From: Bdellovibrio sp.
Lineage (GTDB): Bacteria > Bdellovibrionota > Bdellovibrionia > Bdellovibrionales > Bdellovibrionaceae
NCBI GenBank assembly: GCA_036677065.1
Contig: JAKFBS010000001.1
Span: 288,001-352,000, forward strand
Direction: 5' to 3'
DNA length: 64,000 nucleotides
Below are positions 20,106-30,814 of this stretch, one piece after another (the stretch's first letter is position 1; each line of letters starts with the position of its first letter). Both the position numbers and the translations under genes were made by a program. The notes under the pieces are model-generated. The model was given only the letters and a program-made list of their open reading frames with translations, did no database searches and had not been told where the DNA came from.

Positions 20106-21401
20106 ATGTTGAACCAAAAATCACTTTTATTATCAGTAGCAGTACTTGCTGCATTTACTTTAACAACAACAGGTTGTGGTAAAAGCAAAGAAACGCGTTC
20201 AGATGTGCGCGGCACCACGACAACACAAGAGCAAGCCGATGTAGAAAACCTTGATATCGTCGATGCCGATGGTCAAGGGGCTCCTTTACCTACTTCTGCA
20301 AGTGGTACGGCATTACCGGGTTTACCACCATCGGTTGATTCAAATGATGCGGGCACATTAAATCCATTACCTAATTCAAATGGCAGTAACTCTGATGATG
20401 GCGGTGCTGATACTTTACCGCAATCTGGTAAAACTAAAAAATCAAACGGAGCGGTAGGCGCCAAATTTGATGAAGCTGAAGCGGTAAAAACCGGCGGTAA
20501 GCTGGATACATTAAATTACACATCATCTTCTGCTGATGGTTTGATGGCTGAATTTCGTGGTTACAATAATAAAGTAAACGCTGAACAAAAAACGATGAAT
20601 TTAAATTTAGCTAAAGCTGTGATTAACGCTAAACTTAAACGTTCTACGGGTTCAGGCGATATGTTAGTTGATTTAACATTAGATGAATCATTAAACGGCG
20701 TTAAAAAGATTACGTCATACAGATTACAAGCTACCCAAGCAGGTGATAAATATTCATTAACTAAAATTAATTCAAATGGTGATCTAGAAGTTCAAGGTGG
20801 ATTTTTAAAATGCACTGATGCTGACGGCGGTTGTGAGAATGCTTACATCAAAGTTAAAATGTCTGGTGCTTATGTTCGTGTGATTTTTAGAAAATCATAT
20901 GCAGATCGTTTCTTTATTTTAGAAGAAGGTTCTGCAGGTTCTTCTTTTGAAATGTGGAAATCATATTTAACAAACACAGTGAACTTTGCTTCAACGTCGC
21001 AAAAATTGGATTACATTCAAACTTCATCATTTGAAGTTGTTAACGGTCGCGCTGCCATGGGTGTGTTGATTGCGACTGAAGATAAAGAAGTTGTTGGTTT
21101 AGGTGTTCAGTTATTAGCGGCTGACAAAGGCACTGTTGCCGGATCAAATATTGCTAAAGTAGCTGACCTATCAAAAAATTATGACTTACAATCGAACAGC
21201 AATGCTTCGCAAAATTTAGCGCAAGCTATTAAAGACGCAAAACTTGTGAACAACAATGGTAAAGGCCAAGTGCGGATTCGTTTAGATTTATCATCAGGTT
21301 CGCAAAAAGCCGCGATGTGGTTAACTTTATCGAATATTCAAAAAGCTTCGATGTCGATTGCTGAAATTCAAGGCTTTGAGAGCAAGCTTTCTAAGTTTTA
21401 A
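20106..21401 (+). CDS. Lipoprotein, hypothetical
   Basis: Lipobox TTGC, low-complexity linker, GGAGG RBS. Confidence 0.75.
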   Translation: MLNQKSLLLSVAVLAAFTLTTTGCGKSKETRSDVRGTTTTQEQADVENLDIVDADGQGAPLPTSASGTALPGLPPSVDSNDAGTLNPLPNSNGSNSDDGGADTLPQSGKTKKSNGAVGAKFDEAEAVKTGGKLDTLNYTSSSADGLMAEFRGYNNKVNAEQKTMNLNLAKAVINAKLKRSTGSGDMLVDLTLDESLNGVKKITSYRLQATQAGDKYSLTKINSNGDLEVQGGFLKCTDADGGCENAYIKVKMSGAYVRVIFRKSYADRFFILEEGSAGSSFEMWKSYLTNTVNFASTSQKLDYIQTSSFEVVNGRAAMGVLIATEDKEVVGLGVQLLAADKGTVAGSNIAKVADLSKNYDLQSNSNASQNLAQAIKDAKLVNNNGKGQVRIRLDLSSGSQKAAMWLTLSNIQKASMSIAEIQGFESKLSKF

Positions 21402-21527
21402 TATAAAGTTTTAAACTAACCGGTTCTTTTCAATAAGTTGTCTATTATAAATCGGGCTATTTTTGGCCCTGATTTTTCGGCCCGCGCTTTGCTTTATACC
21501 TCTTGTGTACAAATAACAGGGGGACAA

Positions 21528-22478
21528 ATGTTATCAAAATCATTCAAATTAACGTTATTAGCGATTTTAGCAACTGCATCGGTGTCAAATGCGCAATTCG
21601 GTATTCAACCGGGCGATGGCTTTGACGATGGTGATCACCATTCAATGTGTGACAATCCATATGATCCAGATTGTTCAACTCAGCCAGGTTATCCGGGCCA
21701 GCCAGATTTTCCAGACTATAATGATGACCAATCTTCTGATGTTAAATCGATCTCGATCTATCGTTCAGTAAGAAACGAAGTTTTAGACTTGCGTAGATTA
21801 GCAGGTTTAGGCGTTCAATACCGTGGCTACGAAGTAGTATCGGTTCGCGCAAGAACTCGCCCTGATTCTCCATACACTACAACGGTTCAGTTATTAGCTG
21901 ATAACCGCAACGTAGCGACTCAAGTTAATCCAGGTAAACGTATTAACTTAGTTCCAAATCAACGTTTAGTTTTAGGATCTTCAGTACGTGAACTTGAAAT
22001 GTATGTTAACGGTTCTACTTACATCGAAGAAATCGTGATTGAAATTCGCCGCACTGGTGGTCAACAACCTCCGCAATATCCTGGTCACCCACCGCATGAG
22101 CCGCCTCCATACCCAGGTCATCCAGGTAACCCAGGAAATCCAGGTTACGATGATCAACGTGTAGAGCTTTACATTAACCGTTCAACATACAGCAACGACC
22201 GCATTGATTTAGGCAACTACTTCAGCATGCAACAATACCGTGGCTACCGTATTGAACAAGTTATCGTAACTGCGAACGCACACAACAACGTGGCTTTAGC
22301 AGATTTATTAGTGAACGGTTTTAACGCTGGAACTACACAGTTTGATCGTTACACAAGTTCACAATCTTTATACTTACATAACCGTCCAGATATCGGTGGA
22401 GCAGCTAGCAGCTTAGTGCTTTACACTCGTGGCAATATGACAGTTCAACGTGTAACGTTAGTTCTTAGCAGATACTAA
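21528..22478 (+). CDS. Secreted protein with two beta-sandwich-like domains and Pro/Gly linkers
   Basis: Signal peptide from ATG 21528 (track 21438); duplicated ...QYRGY.(V/I)..V.V.A unit separated by PGHP repeats. Confidence 0.65.
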   Translation: MLSKSFKLTLLAILATASVSNAQFGIQPGDGFDDGDHHSMCDNPYDPDCSTQPGYPGQPDFPDYNDDQSSDVKSISIYRSVRNEVLDLRRLAGLGVQYRGYEVVSVRARTRPDSPYTTTVQLLADNRNVATQVNPGKRINLVPNQRLVLGSSVRELEMYVNGSTYIEEIVIEIRRTGGQQPPQYPGHPPHEPPPYPGHPGNPGNPGYDDQRVELYINRSTYSNDRIDLGNYFSMQQYRGYRIEQVIVTANAHNNVALADLLVNGFNAGTTQFDRYTSSQSLYLHNRPDIGGAASSLVLYTRGNMTVQRVTLVLSRY

Positions 22479-22509
22479 GTTTTTCGCGAAAAATAATTGT
22501 CAAAAATAG

Positions 22510-22545
22510 GGCCGCATGAGATTAATTTCTTGCGGCCTTTTTTTT
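22510..22545 (+). terminator. Intrinsic terminator
   Basis: GGCCGCA...TGCGGCC stem followed by a long T run. Confidence 0.7.
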
Positions 22546-22554
22546 AGGAGAAAT

Positions 22555-23478
22555 ATGGAAAATCAGCACATTCAGTTAAATCAAAATCCTGCAATTTCAG
22601 CTACTTCGGTTTTGGCTCCAACGTTATCAGATTACATGGATTTTCGTTTGTTTTTGGCTGATTTTTACCAGTTTAAAAAAGAATCTACTAAGCGCTCTTT
22701 GCGCCCTTACAACTACGCGATTTTCTCGGCCGCTGCAGATATTAAGTCTCCGAATTATTTAAAAATGATCATCGAAGGCAAACGTAATCTATCAATGGAT
22801 ATGGTTGCAAAATTTGCCAGAGCCTGCGGTCTTAATAAAGCACAATCTGATGAATTTAAATTGTTAGTCACTTTCAACCAAGCTGATGATCCTGCAGACC
22901 GTAACTATGCACTAAAGCAATTGTCTGAGTACCGTGTACAACAAAAACTTAAACTTGGTGAATTTGATCGTAAAGTTTTTGATAAAGTTCCGAACTGGAT
23001 TGGTTGGATCATTTACGCTCTTGTCGACCAAGAGGGTGTGACATTTGAGACCAGCAAATTAAAAGACTTACTTCGTGGTAAGGCTTCTGAATCTGAAATT
23101 GATCAAGCCCTAAAAAATCTTTTGATGAGTGGTGAATTACAAAAAGATTTAGCTACCGGAATCATTTCAAAAGGTAAATCTTCTGAAGCTCCTGAAGAAA
23201 TTCCGTCAGCATTAATTCGTCAGTTACAAATGCAGTTAATGTATTTAGGCTTAGAGTCTTTATATCAAGATGCGCCGACCGAGCGTGAATTCGGGTCTTT
23301 AACGTTATCGCTATCACAAGCTGAGTTTGAAGAGCTTAAGTTCAAGTTACGCCAAATGCGCAAATCTCTTCACAAAGAGAATAATATTGCTCGTATGAGT
23401 GCTAAAGGTGAACGGGTTTATCAGTTAAATCTTCAGCTTTTTCCGGTAAGTAATGTATCTAAAAAAATAGACGCTTAG
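22555..23478 (+). CDS. TIGR02147/DUF4423-family HTH protein
   Basis: DFRLFL..FY, SPNYLKMIIEGKRNLS, VYQLNLQLFP; AGGAG RBS before ATG 22555. Confidence 0.8.
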   Translation: MENQHIQLNQNPAISATSVLAPTLSDYMDFRLFLADFYQFKKESTKRSLRPYNYAIFSAAADIKSPNYLKMIIEGKRNLSMDMVAKFARACGLNKAQSDEFKLLVTFNQADDPADRNYALKQLSEYRVQQKLKLGEFDRKVFDKVPNWIGWIIYALVDQEGVTFETSKLKDLLRGKASESEIDQALKNLLMSGELQKDLATGIISKGKSSEAPEEIPSALIRQLQMQLMYLGLESLYQDAPTEREFGSLTLSLSQAEFEELKFKLRQMRKSLHKENNIARMSAKGERVYQLNLQLFPVSNVSKKIDA

Positions 23479-24077
23479 TGAATTAAAAATCCCCACAAGC
23501 TGGTTAGACTTGCTACCAACAATACGGTTGAGGCAATTTTTTGCCGGCGCTGGTCGTTGATATCAATCAATTTTTTTAAAAAAATCTGAGCTACTGATAA
23601 AGCTGGTACAGACGATAACCAAAACATGAACATCACTAAACCACCTGCTATTGCAGAACGCGCAGCCAGTGATGACAAAATAAAACTATAAAGCCAGCCG
23701 CACGGTAAAGTTAAACTTAAAAGCCCCAGCAAAAATGGATTATTACGCTTTTGCCAGAAAATATTTTTCATAAATCCGGGCAACTTAATTTTTTCAGCCT
23801 TCGTAAAATATGTAAAAAGCAATAAAACTGTAATTGCGACCACAGAAACTATTTTAAGCCATTCAAACGATGTCACCAGCAGTGATGAAACCGTTCCGGC
23901 AAAAACACCGGCCAGCACATAAGAAACTAAACGACCGATTTGGTACTGCACGAGTTGTTTTTTTTGCGCTAATAAACAAGTTATTGGGCCGCACATAATC
24001 GCGCAGTGCCAGCTGCCGATGAACCCCGCGACAAAAAAGCCTGCCAGTAAAGAAACAAACGATGCGTCGCTTGTCAT
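23475..24077 (-). CDS. DsbD_2/TauE-like cbb3 assembly membrane protein
   Basis: GSWHCAIMCGP and LPCGWLY motifs; last gene of the cco cluster. Confidence 0.85.
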   Translation of the reverse strand: MTSDASFVSLLAGFFVAGFIGSWHCAIMCGPITCLLAQKKQLVQYQIGRLVSYVLAGVFAGTVSSLLVTSFEWLKIVSVVAITVLLLFTYFTKAEKIKLPGFMKNIFWQKRNNPFLLGLLSLTLPCGWLYSFILSSLAARSAIAGGLVMFMFWLSSVPALSVAQIFLKKLIDINDQRRQKIASTVLLVASLTSLWGFLIH

Positions 24078-25420
24078 TGCGCTGGTCCTACAATCTGAAT
24101 ACTAAATTCTTTGTTGAATAGTTCGGGCGCGATTGCGTCGCTAATTTTTACTTTTAAAGTTGATGTTTTTGCTATTGATTCTTTAGGTAGGGTAACAAAA
24201 AAATGCCAATCAAAACTTTCTTTGCTTTTTAAAGTAAGCTGATTGAACTGCGAAGTTATTTTAGCTTGCGAATTATTTAAAATTTCGATTTTATAATTTT
24301 TTGCTTCGCGGCTTTGATTGGTGACATGAAATCGAAATTGATTGGTGATGTAATCAACGCCATTTTCAGATTGTTGCGTAAAAGTGGTTGTCAGCGATCT
24401 CAATATAAAAGCTTCTGAATGTTGAAAAGTCAGCAAACCGTACAATAAACCAAACAGACAAACCATAATGCCCGCTAAATATAAAAGTGAACGTGATTTA
24501 AATAACGAAGTTTTAGTTTCACTTAAGTTTCCGTACTTAATAAGACCTTTTGGTTTATGCACTTTCTCCATGATTTCATCACAGGCATCAATACAGGCTG
24601 TGCAGGCGATGCATTCCATCTGTAAGCCGTTACGAATATCAATACCAATCGGGCAGGCATTCACGCAGCGGTTACAGTTAACGCAATCATCACGCTTTTC
24701 ATCATAGACGACATTTAAAGAATTTTTATCCAGCAAAAGACCTTGTATGCGGCCATAAGGGCACATGATTGTGCAAAACTGTTCGCGAAACCAGCCAAAA
24801 TTAAAAACTAATACGGCCGTTAAAATCTGCGAAAAAACAAATAAGCTAAAATTAGCGTTGGGCCCTTGTTTGATGATGTTAATGAACTGGTGCGAACCTA
24901 CAAAGTACGCCAATGCACTGTGTGCAATAAAAGCTGATGCAAAATAGAATAATATCCATTTAACAGCTTTACGTAAGAATAGCCCGAAGGTCATTGGGTC
25001 AATAACTTGTTTGCGGCGGGCTAAGTAATTACCTTCAATAAAATATTCAATACGGCGAAAGACGCCATCAATAAATACAGTCTGTGGGCAAGTCCAACCA
25101 CACCAAACCCGGCCCCAGACAGTAGTCACAAAGGCCAAGGTTAAAGCGCCGCCTAAAATTAAGAATAGCAGCAGCGGCGCATTGTGCGCTTTAAACAAAG
25201 CCCCGAAAAAATAAAATTCGCGGCCGGGGATATTCAGCAGAATGCTTTGATAACCGCCAAAATTAATCCACGGTAAGGTCAGAAAAAAAATAATCAAAAA
25301 ACTTTGCACCAAAGTTCTACGCGTACGAAAATAGCCGCTCACTTCTGCTGGGTGCAACCCGATGCGGTTACCGTATTCATCGATACTCGTAATTTGCTCT
25401 GTTGAAAGTCGTGGTTTCAT
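24074..25420 (-). CDS. ccoG: cbb3 oxidase accessory protein CcoG/FixG
   Basis: GRVWCGWTCPQT, REQFCTIMCPYGR, two 4Fe-4S motifs. Confidence 0.95.
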   Translation of the reverse strand: MKPRLSTEQITSIDEYGNRIGLHPAEVSGYFRTRRTLVQSFLIIFFLTLPWINFGGYQSILLNIPGREFYFFGALFKAHNAPLLLFLILGGALTLAFVTTVWGRVWCGWTCPQTVFIDGVFRRIEYFIEGNYLARRKQVIDPMTFGLFLRKAVKWILFYFASAFIAHSALAYFVGSHQFINIIKQGPNANFSLFVFSQILTAVLVFNFGWFREQFCTIMCPYGRIQGLLLDKNSLNVVYDEKRDDCVNCNRCVNACPIGIDIRNGLQMECIACTACIDACDEIMEKVHKPKGLIKYGNLSETKTSLFKSRSLLYLAGIMVCLFGLLYGLLTFQHSEAFILRSLTTTFTQQSENGVDYITNQFRFHVTNQSREAKNYKIEILNNSQAKITSQFNQLTLKSKESFDWHFFVTLPKESIAKTSTLKVKISDAIAPELFNKEFSIQIVGPAQ

Positions 25421-25950
25421 TACATACCTTTGGATTTAATTAAAGCTACGACGCCAAAAATTTCATCGGCATTCAACAGGCCTTCCCATGGTGGCATTCC
25501 TTTTGCGGCAACACCCTGGCGAACAGTCTGAACAATTTCTGAACTTTTGCTCCCGTGAACCCAGATTTTATCTGTTAAATTGGGTCCGATTTTTCCTTCA
25601 AGGTTTTCTCCGTGGCACATGGCACATTTTGCCTGAAACACGCCGGCTCCCATCTTAACTAAATTAGGATCTTTTAATTTTAATTCTAGTTCGTCTTCGG
25701 TAAAGGTCGGAAATTTATTAGCCGCTGTAATTTGCAAATCTTTTAGTTTTTGCATCGACAGTTCTAATTCCTGCGTTAACGTCGGGCCCTGTTTAGTCAG
25801 TTCAAAATGAATATAGTAATGAAATGCAAAAATGACGGTTAAGATAAAACTCCACACCCACCAGGTCGGCATCGGGTTGTTGTGTTCATCAATGCCATCG
25901 TAAGTATGGAATACTTCAGTTTGAGTTTTGTTTTGTTCGTTATTTTCCAT
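25420..25950 (-). CDS. ccoP: cbb3 oxidase subunit III (monoheme CcoP)
   Basis: HTYDGIDEHNNPMPTWW, CAMCH, GPNLTD; start moved to ATG 25950, which overlaps ccoQ. Confidence 0.9.
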   Translation of the reverse strand: MENNEQNKTQTEVFHTYDGIDEHNNPMPTWWVWSFILTVIFAFHYYIHFELTKQGPTLTQELELSMQKLKDLQITAANKFPTFTEDELELKLKDPNLVKMGAGVFQAKCAMCHGENLEGKIGPNLTDKIWVHGSKSSEIVQTVRQGVAAKGMPPWEGLLNADEIFGVVALIKSKGM

Positions 25951-26113
25951 GCTCGTCCTCGTTAGAAAATGGAATATGGGCCAATTGTTGAATTTGCTTT
26001 TTCGGTGCACGTAATGCATTCACAGCTACAAATACGAAGTAGCTGAAAAAAATCAAAAATCCGATCACAGTTAAATAAGTATCTGTAAAAAACTTTAATC
26101 CTTCTTGTTTCAT
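25940..26113 (-). CDS. ccoQ: cbb3 oxidase subunit IV CcoQ (57 aa, absent from ORF track)
   Basis: Manual translation MKQEGLKFFTDTYLTVIGFLIFFSYFVFVAVNALRAPKKQIQQLAHIPFSNEDEHGK*; GGAG RBS; one TM helix; between ccoNO and ccoP. Confidence 0.8.
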   Translation of the reverse strand: MKQEGLKFFTDTYLTVIGFLIFFSYFVFVAVNALRAPKKQIQQLAHIPFSNEDEHGK

Positions 26114-26124
26114 AAGTTCTCCGT

Positions 26125-28281
26125 TTATTTGTTATCAGCTGTTGTAGGGCTTGGTGTTTTTGCTTTTTGGCCCAGGGCTTGTAAGTAAGCAATCAATGCG
26201 ACGATTTGTTTTTTCTCTAAACCTTTAGGGGCACCTTGTTTGTGAAGTTCATCCGCTAAGATTTTTGCTTCTTTCTGCGCGATGATATCTGCATTGGCGA
26301 TGGTATTTTCATCGTAAGGGGTACCTAAAGCTTTCATCACTGAAAATTCACGGCGCAAAGAAAGAAAGTCAGTATTTTTTTCTACTAGCCAAGGGTAATT
26401 CGGCATAATTGAATTCGGTGTGATAGCGCGTGGGTTTATCATATGTTGAAAGTGCCACATGTCTGGATATTTTTTACCAAGGCGGGATAAATCAGGCCCA
26501 GTGCGTTTTGAACCCCATTGGTGCGGACGATCCCACATTGATTCTTCAATAGTTGAAGCTGGCCCGTAACGAAGAACTTCTGCGACAATCGGTCTGATTT
26601 GCTGCGAGTGACAAACATAACAACCTTCAGAAATATAAATTCCGCGGCCCGCGATCTGTAGAGCCGAAAAGGGCTCAGTGGTTTGTTCAGGGTTTACATA
26701 TCTATGAAGTGATAATGTTGGGTAAATTTCAATAACTGAGCCAACTAACACCGCGACAAAAGTTAAAACAGAAAATCCTAAACCCATGCCTTCAAGTTTT
26801 CTATGCACATCATTGGTTTTTTCATCCCAGCCAGTGCGAGTGACCTTCACCACCGTTTCGGGTGCATCTTTCGGAGCTAGTTTGATGGTTTTATACATGT
26901 TGTAGATAAAGATCAGATAGCCAGTTACAAACAGGGCTCCACCGATCGCGCGCACCCAATAAAGCGGAACGATTTTAGTCACGGTTTCAACAAAATCTGG
27001 ATACATCAATTTACCTTCAGCAGTAACCCCATTTAGCATTAAGCCTTGGGTAATTCCTGCCACAGTCATTGATACGTAATAAAATAATACTCCTGTTAAT
27101 GAAACCCAGAATGAATTTTCTGCAAGTTTAACTGAGTATAATTCAGTTTTCCAAAGACGCGGAACCATCCATAACATCATGCCCATGATCAACATACCAT
27201 TCCAGCCAAGGGCGCCTGAATGCACATGCCCGACAATCCAATCTGTATAGTGGCCTACAGCTGAAATAGATTTAATTGAAAGCAGTGGCCCTTCGAAAGT
27301 AGCCATGCCGTAAAAAGTAAGAGCTGCGACAAAAAATTTGATGACCGGATTTTGAATAAGTTCTTTAAACGCTCCTTTTAAAGTCATCAATCCATTGATC
27401 ATGCCGCCCCAAGATGGCGCCCAAAGCATAATTGAAAAAACCATTCCTAAAGATTGTGCCCATTCAGGAAGTGAAGTGTATAAAAGGTGATGAGGCCCAG
27501 CCCAGATATAAATAAATACTAAAGCCCAAAAGTGAATAATAGAAAGACGGTAAGAATAAACCGGGCGGTTGGCTGCTTTCGGAACAAAATAATACATTAA
27601 GCCCAAAAACGGTGTTGTTAAAAAGAAAGCAACAGCATTGTGGCCGTACCACCATTGCACTAAGGCATCTTGAATACCGCCCCATACCGGAATTGATTTT
27701 AGCGGCGTGATCGGAATTTCAATTGAATTCACAATATGTAACATGGCCACTGTAATGATCGTTGCGATGTAGAACCAGATACCGACGTAAAGATGTTTTT
27801 CACGGCGGCGTTTAATCGTCATGAAAAAATTAATTGCAAACACCACCCAGATGACAGTGATTAAAATATCAATCGGCCATTCAAGTTCTGCGTACTCTTT
27901 TGATTGGGTATATCCCAGTGGTAAAGTGATGGCTGCGCATAAAATAACAAATTGCCAACCCCAGAAATGAATTTTCGACAACAGGTCAGAAAACAAACGG
28001 GCTTTGAGTAAACGTTGGGTTGAATAGTACATTCCGGCAAAAATCGCATTGCCGGCAAAGGCAAAAATAGCTGCATTGGTATGTAACGGGCGTAAACGGC
28101 CAAAAGTCATCCATTCCATATTCATGTTCATGGGCCAATACGCTAACTGTAAAGCTGCGATTAATCCGAATAATAGAGCGGCAATTCCCCACCCGAATGT
28201 AGCTAGTGAAAAATATTTAACAATCTTGTCATCGTAAATTATATTTTCTGTATGTGCGTTAAGATCTGTGTTTGCTCTCAT
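26125..28281 (-). CDS. ccoN: Fused cbb3 oxidase subunit I/II (CcoN-CcoO)
   Basis: RLRPLHTN, QWWYGHNAV, GPHHL, HVH, then CYVCHSQQIRP and GSKRTGPDL; start uncertain (28281-28320). Confidence 0.95.
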   Translation of the reverse strand: MRANTDLNAHTENIIYDDKIVKYFSLATFGWGIAALLFGLIAALQLAYWPMNMNMEWMTFGRLRPLHTNAAIFAFAGNAIFAGMYYSTQRLLKARLFSDLLSKIHFWGWQFVILCAAITLPLGYTQSKEYAELEWPIDILITVIWVVFAINFFMTIKRRREKHLYVGIWFYIATIITVAMLHIVNSIEIPITPLKSIPVWGGIQDALVQWWYGHNAVAFFLTTPFLGLMYYFVPKAANRPVYSYRLSIIHFWALVFIYIWAGPHHLLYTSLPEWAQSLGMVFSIMLWAPSWGGMINGLMTLKGAFKELIQNPVIKFFVAALTFYGMATFEGPLLSIKSISAVGHYTDWIVGHVHSGALGWNGMLIMGMMLWMVPRLWKTELYSVKLAENSFWVSLTGVLFYYVSMTVAGITQGLMLNGVTAEGKLMYPDFVETVTKIVPLYWVRAIGGALFVTGYLIFIYNMYKTIKLAPKDAPETVVKVTRTGWDEKTNDVHRKLEGMGLGFSVLTFVAVLVGSVIEIYPTLSLHRYVNPEQTTEPFSALQIAGRGIYISEGCYVCHSQQIRPIVAEVLRYGPASTIEESMWDRPHQWGSKRTGPDLSRLGKKYPDMWHFQHMINPRAITPNSIMPNYPWLVEKNTDFLSLRREFSVMKALGTPYDENTIANADIIAQKEAKILADELHKQGAPKGLEKKQIVALIAYLQALGQKAKTPSPTTADNK

Positions 28282-28447
28282 GAGAGGGCCTTTCATGGTT
28301 TGTGTGTCTTTCGTTATCATTTAAAATTCGGTGTGCCGGCGTATCAAGATCGTCGAGCTGGCCATTACCGGCAGCCCAGAAAAAAATACCGACGAAAACT
28401 ATTCCTAAAGCTAAAGCCATGGGAATCATTAAAAATAAGATGTTCAT
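28259..28447 (-). CDS. ccoS: cbb3 maturation protein CcoS
   Basis: MNILFLMIP...FFWA..NGQLDDLDTPA.RIL. Confidence 0.9.
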   Translation of the reverse strand: MNILFLMIPMALALGIVFVGIFFWAAGNGQLDDLDTPAHRILNDNERHTNHERPSHESKHRS

Positions 28448-30732
28448 TTTCTAAATCCCCATAAAGTTGAAAATAAAATAACCAGCGAACTGATCGGCAT
28501 AAGCACGGCAGCCCATAGAGGATTGATAAATCCACATAAGGCTAAAATTCCGGCCAGAGTGTTGTAAGCCAGTGAAAGCGCTAAATTTCTTTTTAAGGTT
28601 TGGTGAATGGCTTCGTTCACCGAAAATAATTCGACTAATGGATTTAATCCTGAGCGTAAGAAAAAAATGTCGGCACTGGCTAAGGCAATTTCAGCGCTGC
28701 CTTTAATAGCCACGCTAATTTCGCTGCTGCTCATGGCAAGAGTGTCATTCACGCCGTCGCCAATCATTAAGCTATGCGGGTATTTTGCGATAATGTCTTT
28801 TTTGTCTTCGGGGTAAAGTTCGGCAAAAACGTGTTCACGCTGCAAACCACACTGTTCTGCAATCGCTAAGGCTTTACGTTTTTTATCGCCGGTAATTAGG
28901 TAGCAGTTTTTACCTTGCGCGCGCAGCTGGGCAATAATTACCGCAGCTTCTTCGCGAATTTTATCTTGTAAATAGATGCGGCAAATGAGCTCTTTGTTTT
29001 TGTAAAGAGCTACGGCGATATCAATGCTTTCGTCGAATAAGTTTGCAGATAAAGTTTTTAACTCGTAAATGTCTGCACCCAATTGGGCTTTAATGCCACT
29101 TCCGAAAATTTCTTGGTGATTGGTGAAAGAAATTTCTGTGTTCCAGTTTTTAAAATAAGAACGCAAAGCAAAAGCTACGGGGTGATATGAAATTTTTTCT
29201 AAGCCGATAAGTAAGTTTGCGGTGTTAAGATCTAATTTTTCTGGCCAGGTTTCGCAGACTTGTAATTGCCCGTACGTCAGAGTTCCGGTTTTATCAAAAA
29301 AGATATTTTGAATTTGATTCATTTTTTCAAAGACATTAGCGTTACGTACGGCCGTGCCTTTTTTTTGCGATTTACGAAATGCCATGGCCATTGTCAAAGG
29401 GCTGCCAAATGCCAATGCACAAGGGCAAGCAACGACAATAAGGGCTAAAGTGCGATGAAAGGCTTCTGTGAAATCAAGCGCAAACCCTATAACAATAAAC
29501 GAAATCGCAGCCAGAATAAAAACGTACAAAATTAATTTTTCAGATAATTTATCGGCTAAAGTTAAATAGCTGTTTTTAGCTAATAAATTTTCTTGGCTTG
29601 TGCCAAGTAAATTCGCGATGCGGGTTTTTTCTAAAGGTAATTCGCAACACATGGTGATCGAAGAAGATAACAATTTATAACCGGCAAAAAGTCGCATGCC
29701 TTTGGTGAAAGTGTAGGGCACGTTTTCACCAGACATAAATGAAGTGTCGATCAGGGCATTTTCAGAAAGCAAAACACCATCTACCGGAATAGCCTGATCT
29801 TGGCTTACGATAAAGTTTTGTCCTTGTTTGATATTTTCAGTGATTATGCTGGTTGAGCTGCCGACGACGACGTAAGTTTCTGTGCGAAGTTGTGAATGTA
29901 CATTTTTAGGTGATAAAAATTTTTGCTGGGCTTTTTTAACAAAAAAACGGGCCACTAAAATCAGAAATATAAAGCTTGCTGTCGAATCAAAATAAAATTG
30001 GTCGCTACCGGTGATTAAACTATAAAAAGACAAGCCAGAGCTAGTTAGGAGCGCAATCACAATCGGAAGATCGATATGAATTTTTTGCAGTTTTAAACTG
30101 GCCCAGGCGCCGCGATAAAATGGAACAGCTACATAAAACAGTATTGGTAAAAATAGTAAAAAATTAAGCCATTTAAAAATCGTTAATAGGCTGCCTGAAG
30201 CGCCAGTATAAATAGCGATTGAAAAAAGCATGATGTTGCCAGCCAACGCGCCTGCAGTAGCAATACGTTTTAAATCCTGACGGGATTCAAGGCGTATTTT
30301 TTCATAACTATCTTCGTTGGCTTTAATGATCGACGAATCGTAACCCATCGCTTTAATTAATGCGGCAATTTCAGAAAGTTTTCCGTCCGCATCGAGTTCG
30401 ATTACTAATTCAGAATTAGCTATATTTAAGCGGGCCATTTTACAGTGCGAATTTAGTTCTGAAATTTGCTCTAATAAATGAACACAGCTAGAACATTGAA
30501 TGCCAGAGATATAAAATTTAAAGCGGCGCTCTTTCGCATCTAACTGATAAAGGTTTTGATTTTCAGGCAAATCTAAATAAGAGAACTGCGTATCAGTAAG
30601 TCGTGCTGCTTTTGTTAATTCAGAAAAGCCTGCATCTAAGACTTCGCAAGCGTGACAACAGTAAGACTGCTGTGACCAAGTGCCACAGTATTTACAGGGT
30701 TGTTTTTCGTTATTAACTAGAGCCGGTGACAT
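28444..30732 (-). CDS. ccoI: P1B-type copper ATPase CcoI/FixI
   Basis: N-terminal CxxC/CC, HMA CSSC, CPC, DKTGT, GDGVND; in the cco cluster. Confidence 0.9.
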   Translation of the reverse strand: MSPALVNNEKQPCKYCGTWSQQSYCCHACEVLDAGFSELTKAARLTDTQFSYLDLPENQNLYQLDAKERRFKFYISGIQCSSCVHLLEQISELNSHCKMARLNIANSELVIELDADGKLSEIAALIKAMGYDSSIIKANEDSYEKIRLESRQDLKRIATAGALAGNIMLFSIAIYTGASGSLLTIFKWLNFLLFLPILFYVAVPFYRGAWASLKLQKIHIDLPIVIALLTSSGLSFYSLITGSDQFYFDSTASFIFLILVARFFVKKAQQKFLSPKNVHSQLRTETYVVVGSSTSIITENIKQGQNFIVSQDQAIPVDGVLLSENALIDTSFMSGENVPYTFTKGMRLFAGYKLLSSSITMCCELPLEKTRIANLLGTSQENLLAKNSYLTLADKLSEKLILYVFILAAISFIVIGFALDFTEAFHRTLALIVVACPCALAFGSPLTMAMAFRKSQKKGTAVRNANVFEKMNQIQNIFFDKTGTLTYGQLQVCETWPEKLDLNTANLLIGLEKISYHPVAFALRSYFKNWNTEISFTNHQEIFGSGIKAQLGADIYELKTLSANLFDESIDIAVALYKNKELICRIYLQDKIREEAAVIIAQLRAQGKNCYLITGDKKRKALAIAEQCGLQREHVFAELYPEDKKDIIAKYPHSLMIGDGVNDTLAMSSSEISVAIKGSAEIALASADIFFLRSGLNPLVELFSVNEAIHQTLKRNLALSLAYNTLAGILALCGFINPLWAAVLMPISSLVILFSTLWGFRK

Positions 30733-30785
30733 TTATTCTGTCCTTATATATGAGACAGAATAACCGCTGGGCTGTTCAAACCATT

Positions 30786-30799
30786 ATGATCCACGTCAT
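30786..30799. promoter_or_regulatory. FNR-like box upstream of the cco operon
   Basis: ATGAT-CCAC-GTCAT resembles TTGAT-N4-ATCAA; ~55 bp upstream of ccoI, next to a Crp/Fnr gene. Confidence 0.45.
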
Positions 30800-30814
30800 G
30801 TTTTTTAGAAATTT

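Noticed and set aside
25962..26192. 76-aa minus-strand track ORF between ccoNO and ccoP
   Set aside because: Wrong frame; the real ccoQ is 25940-26113.
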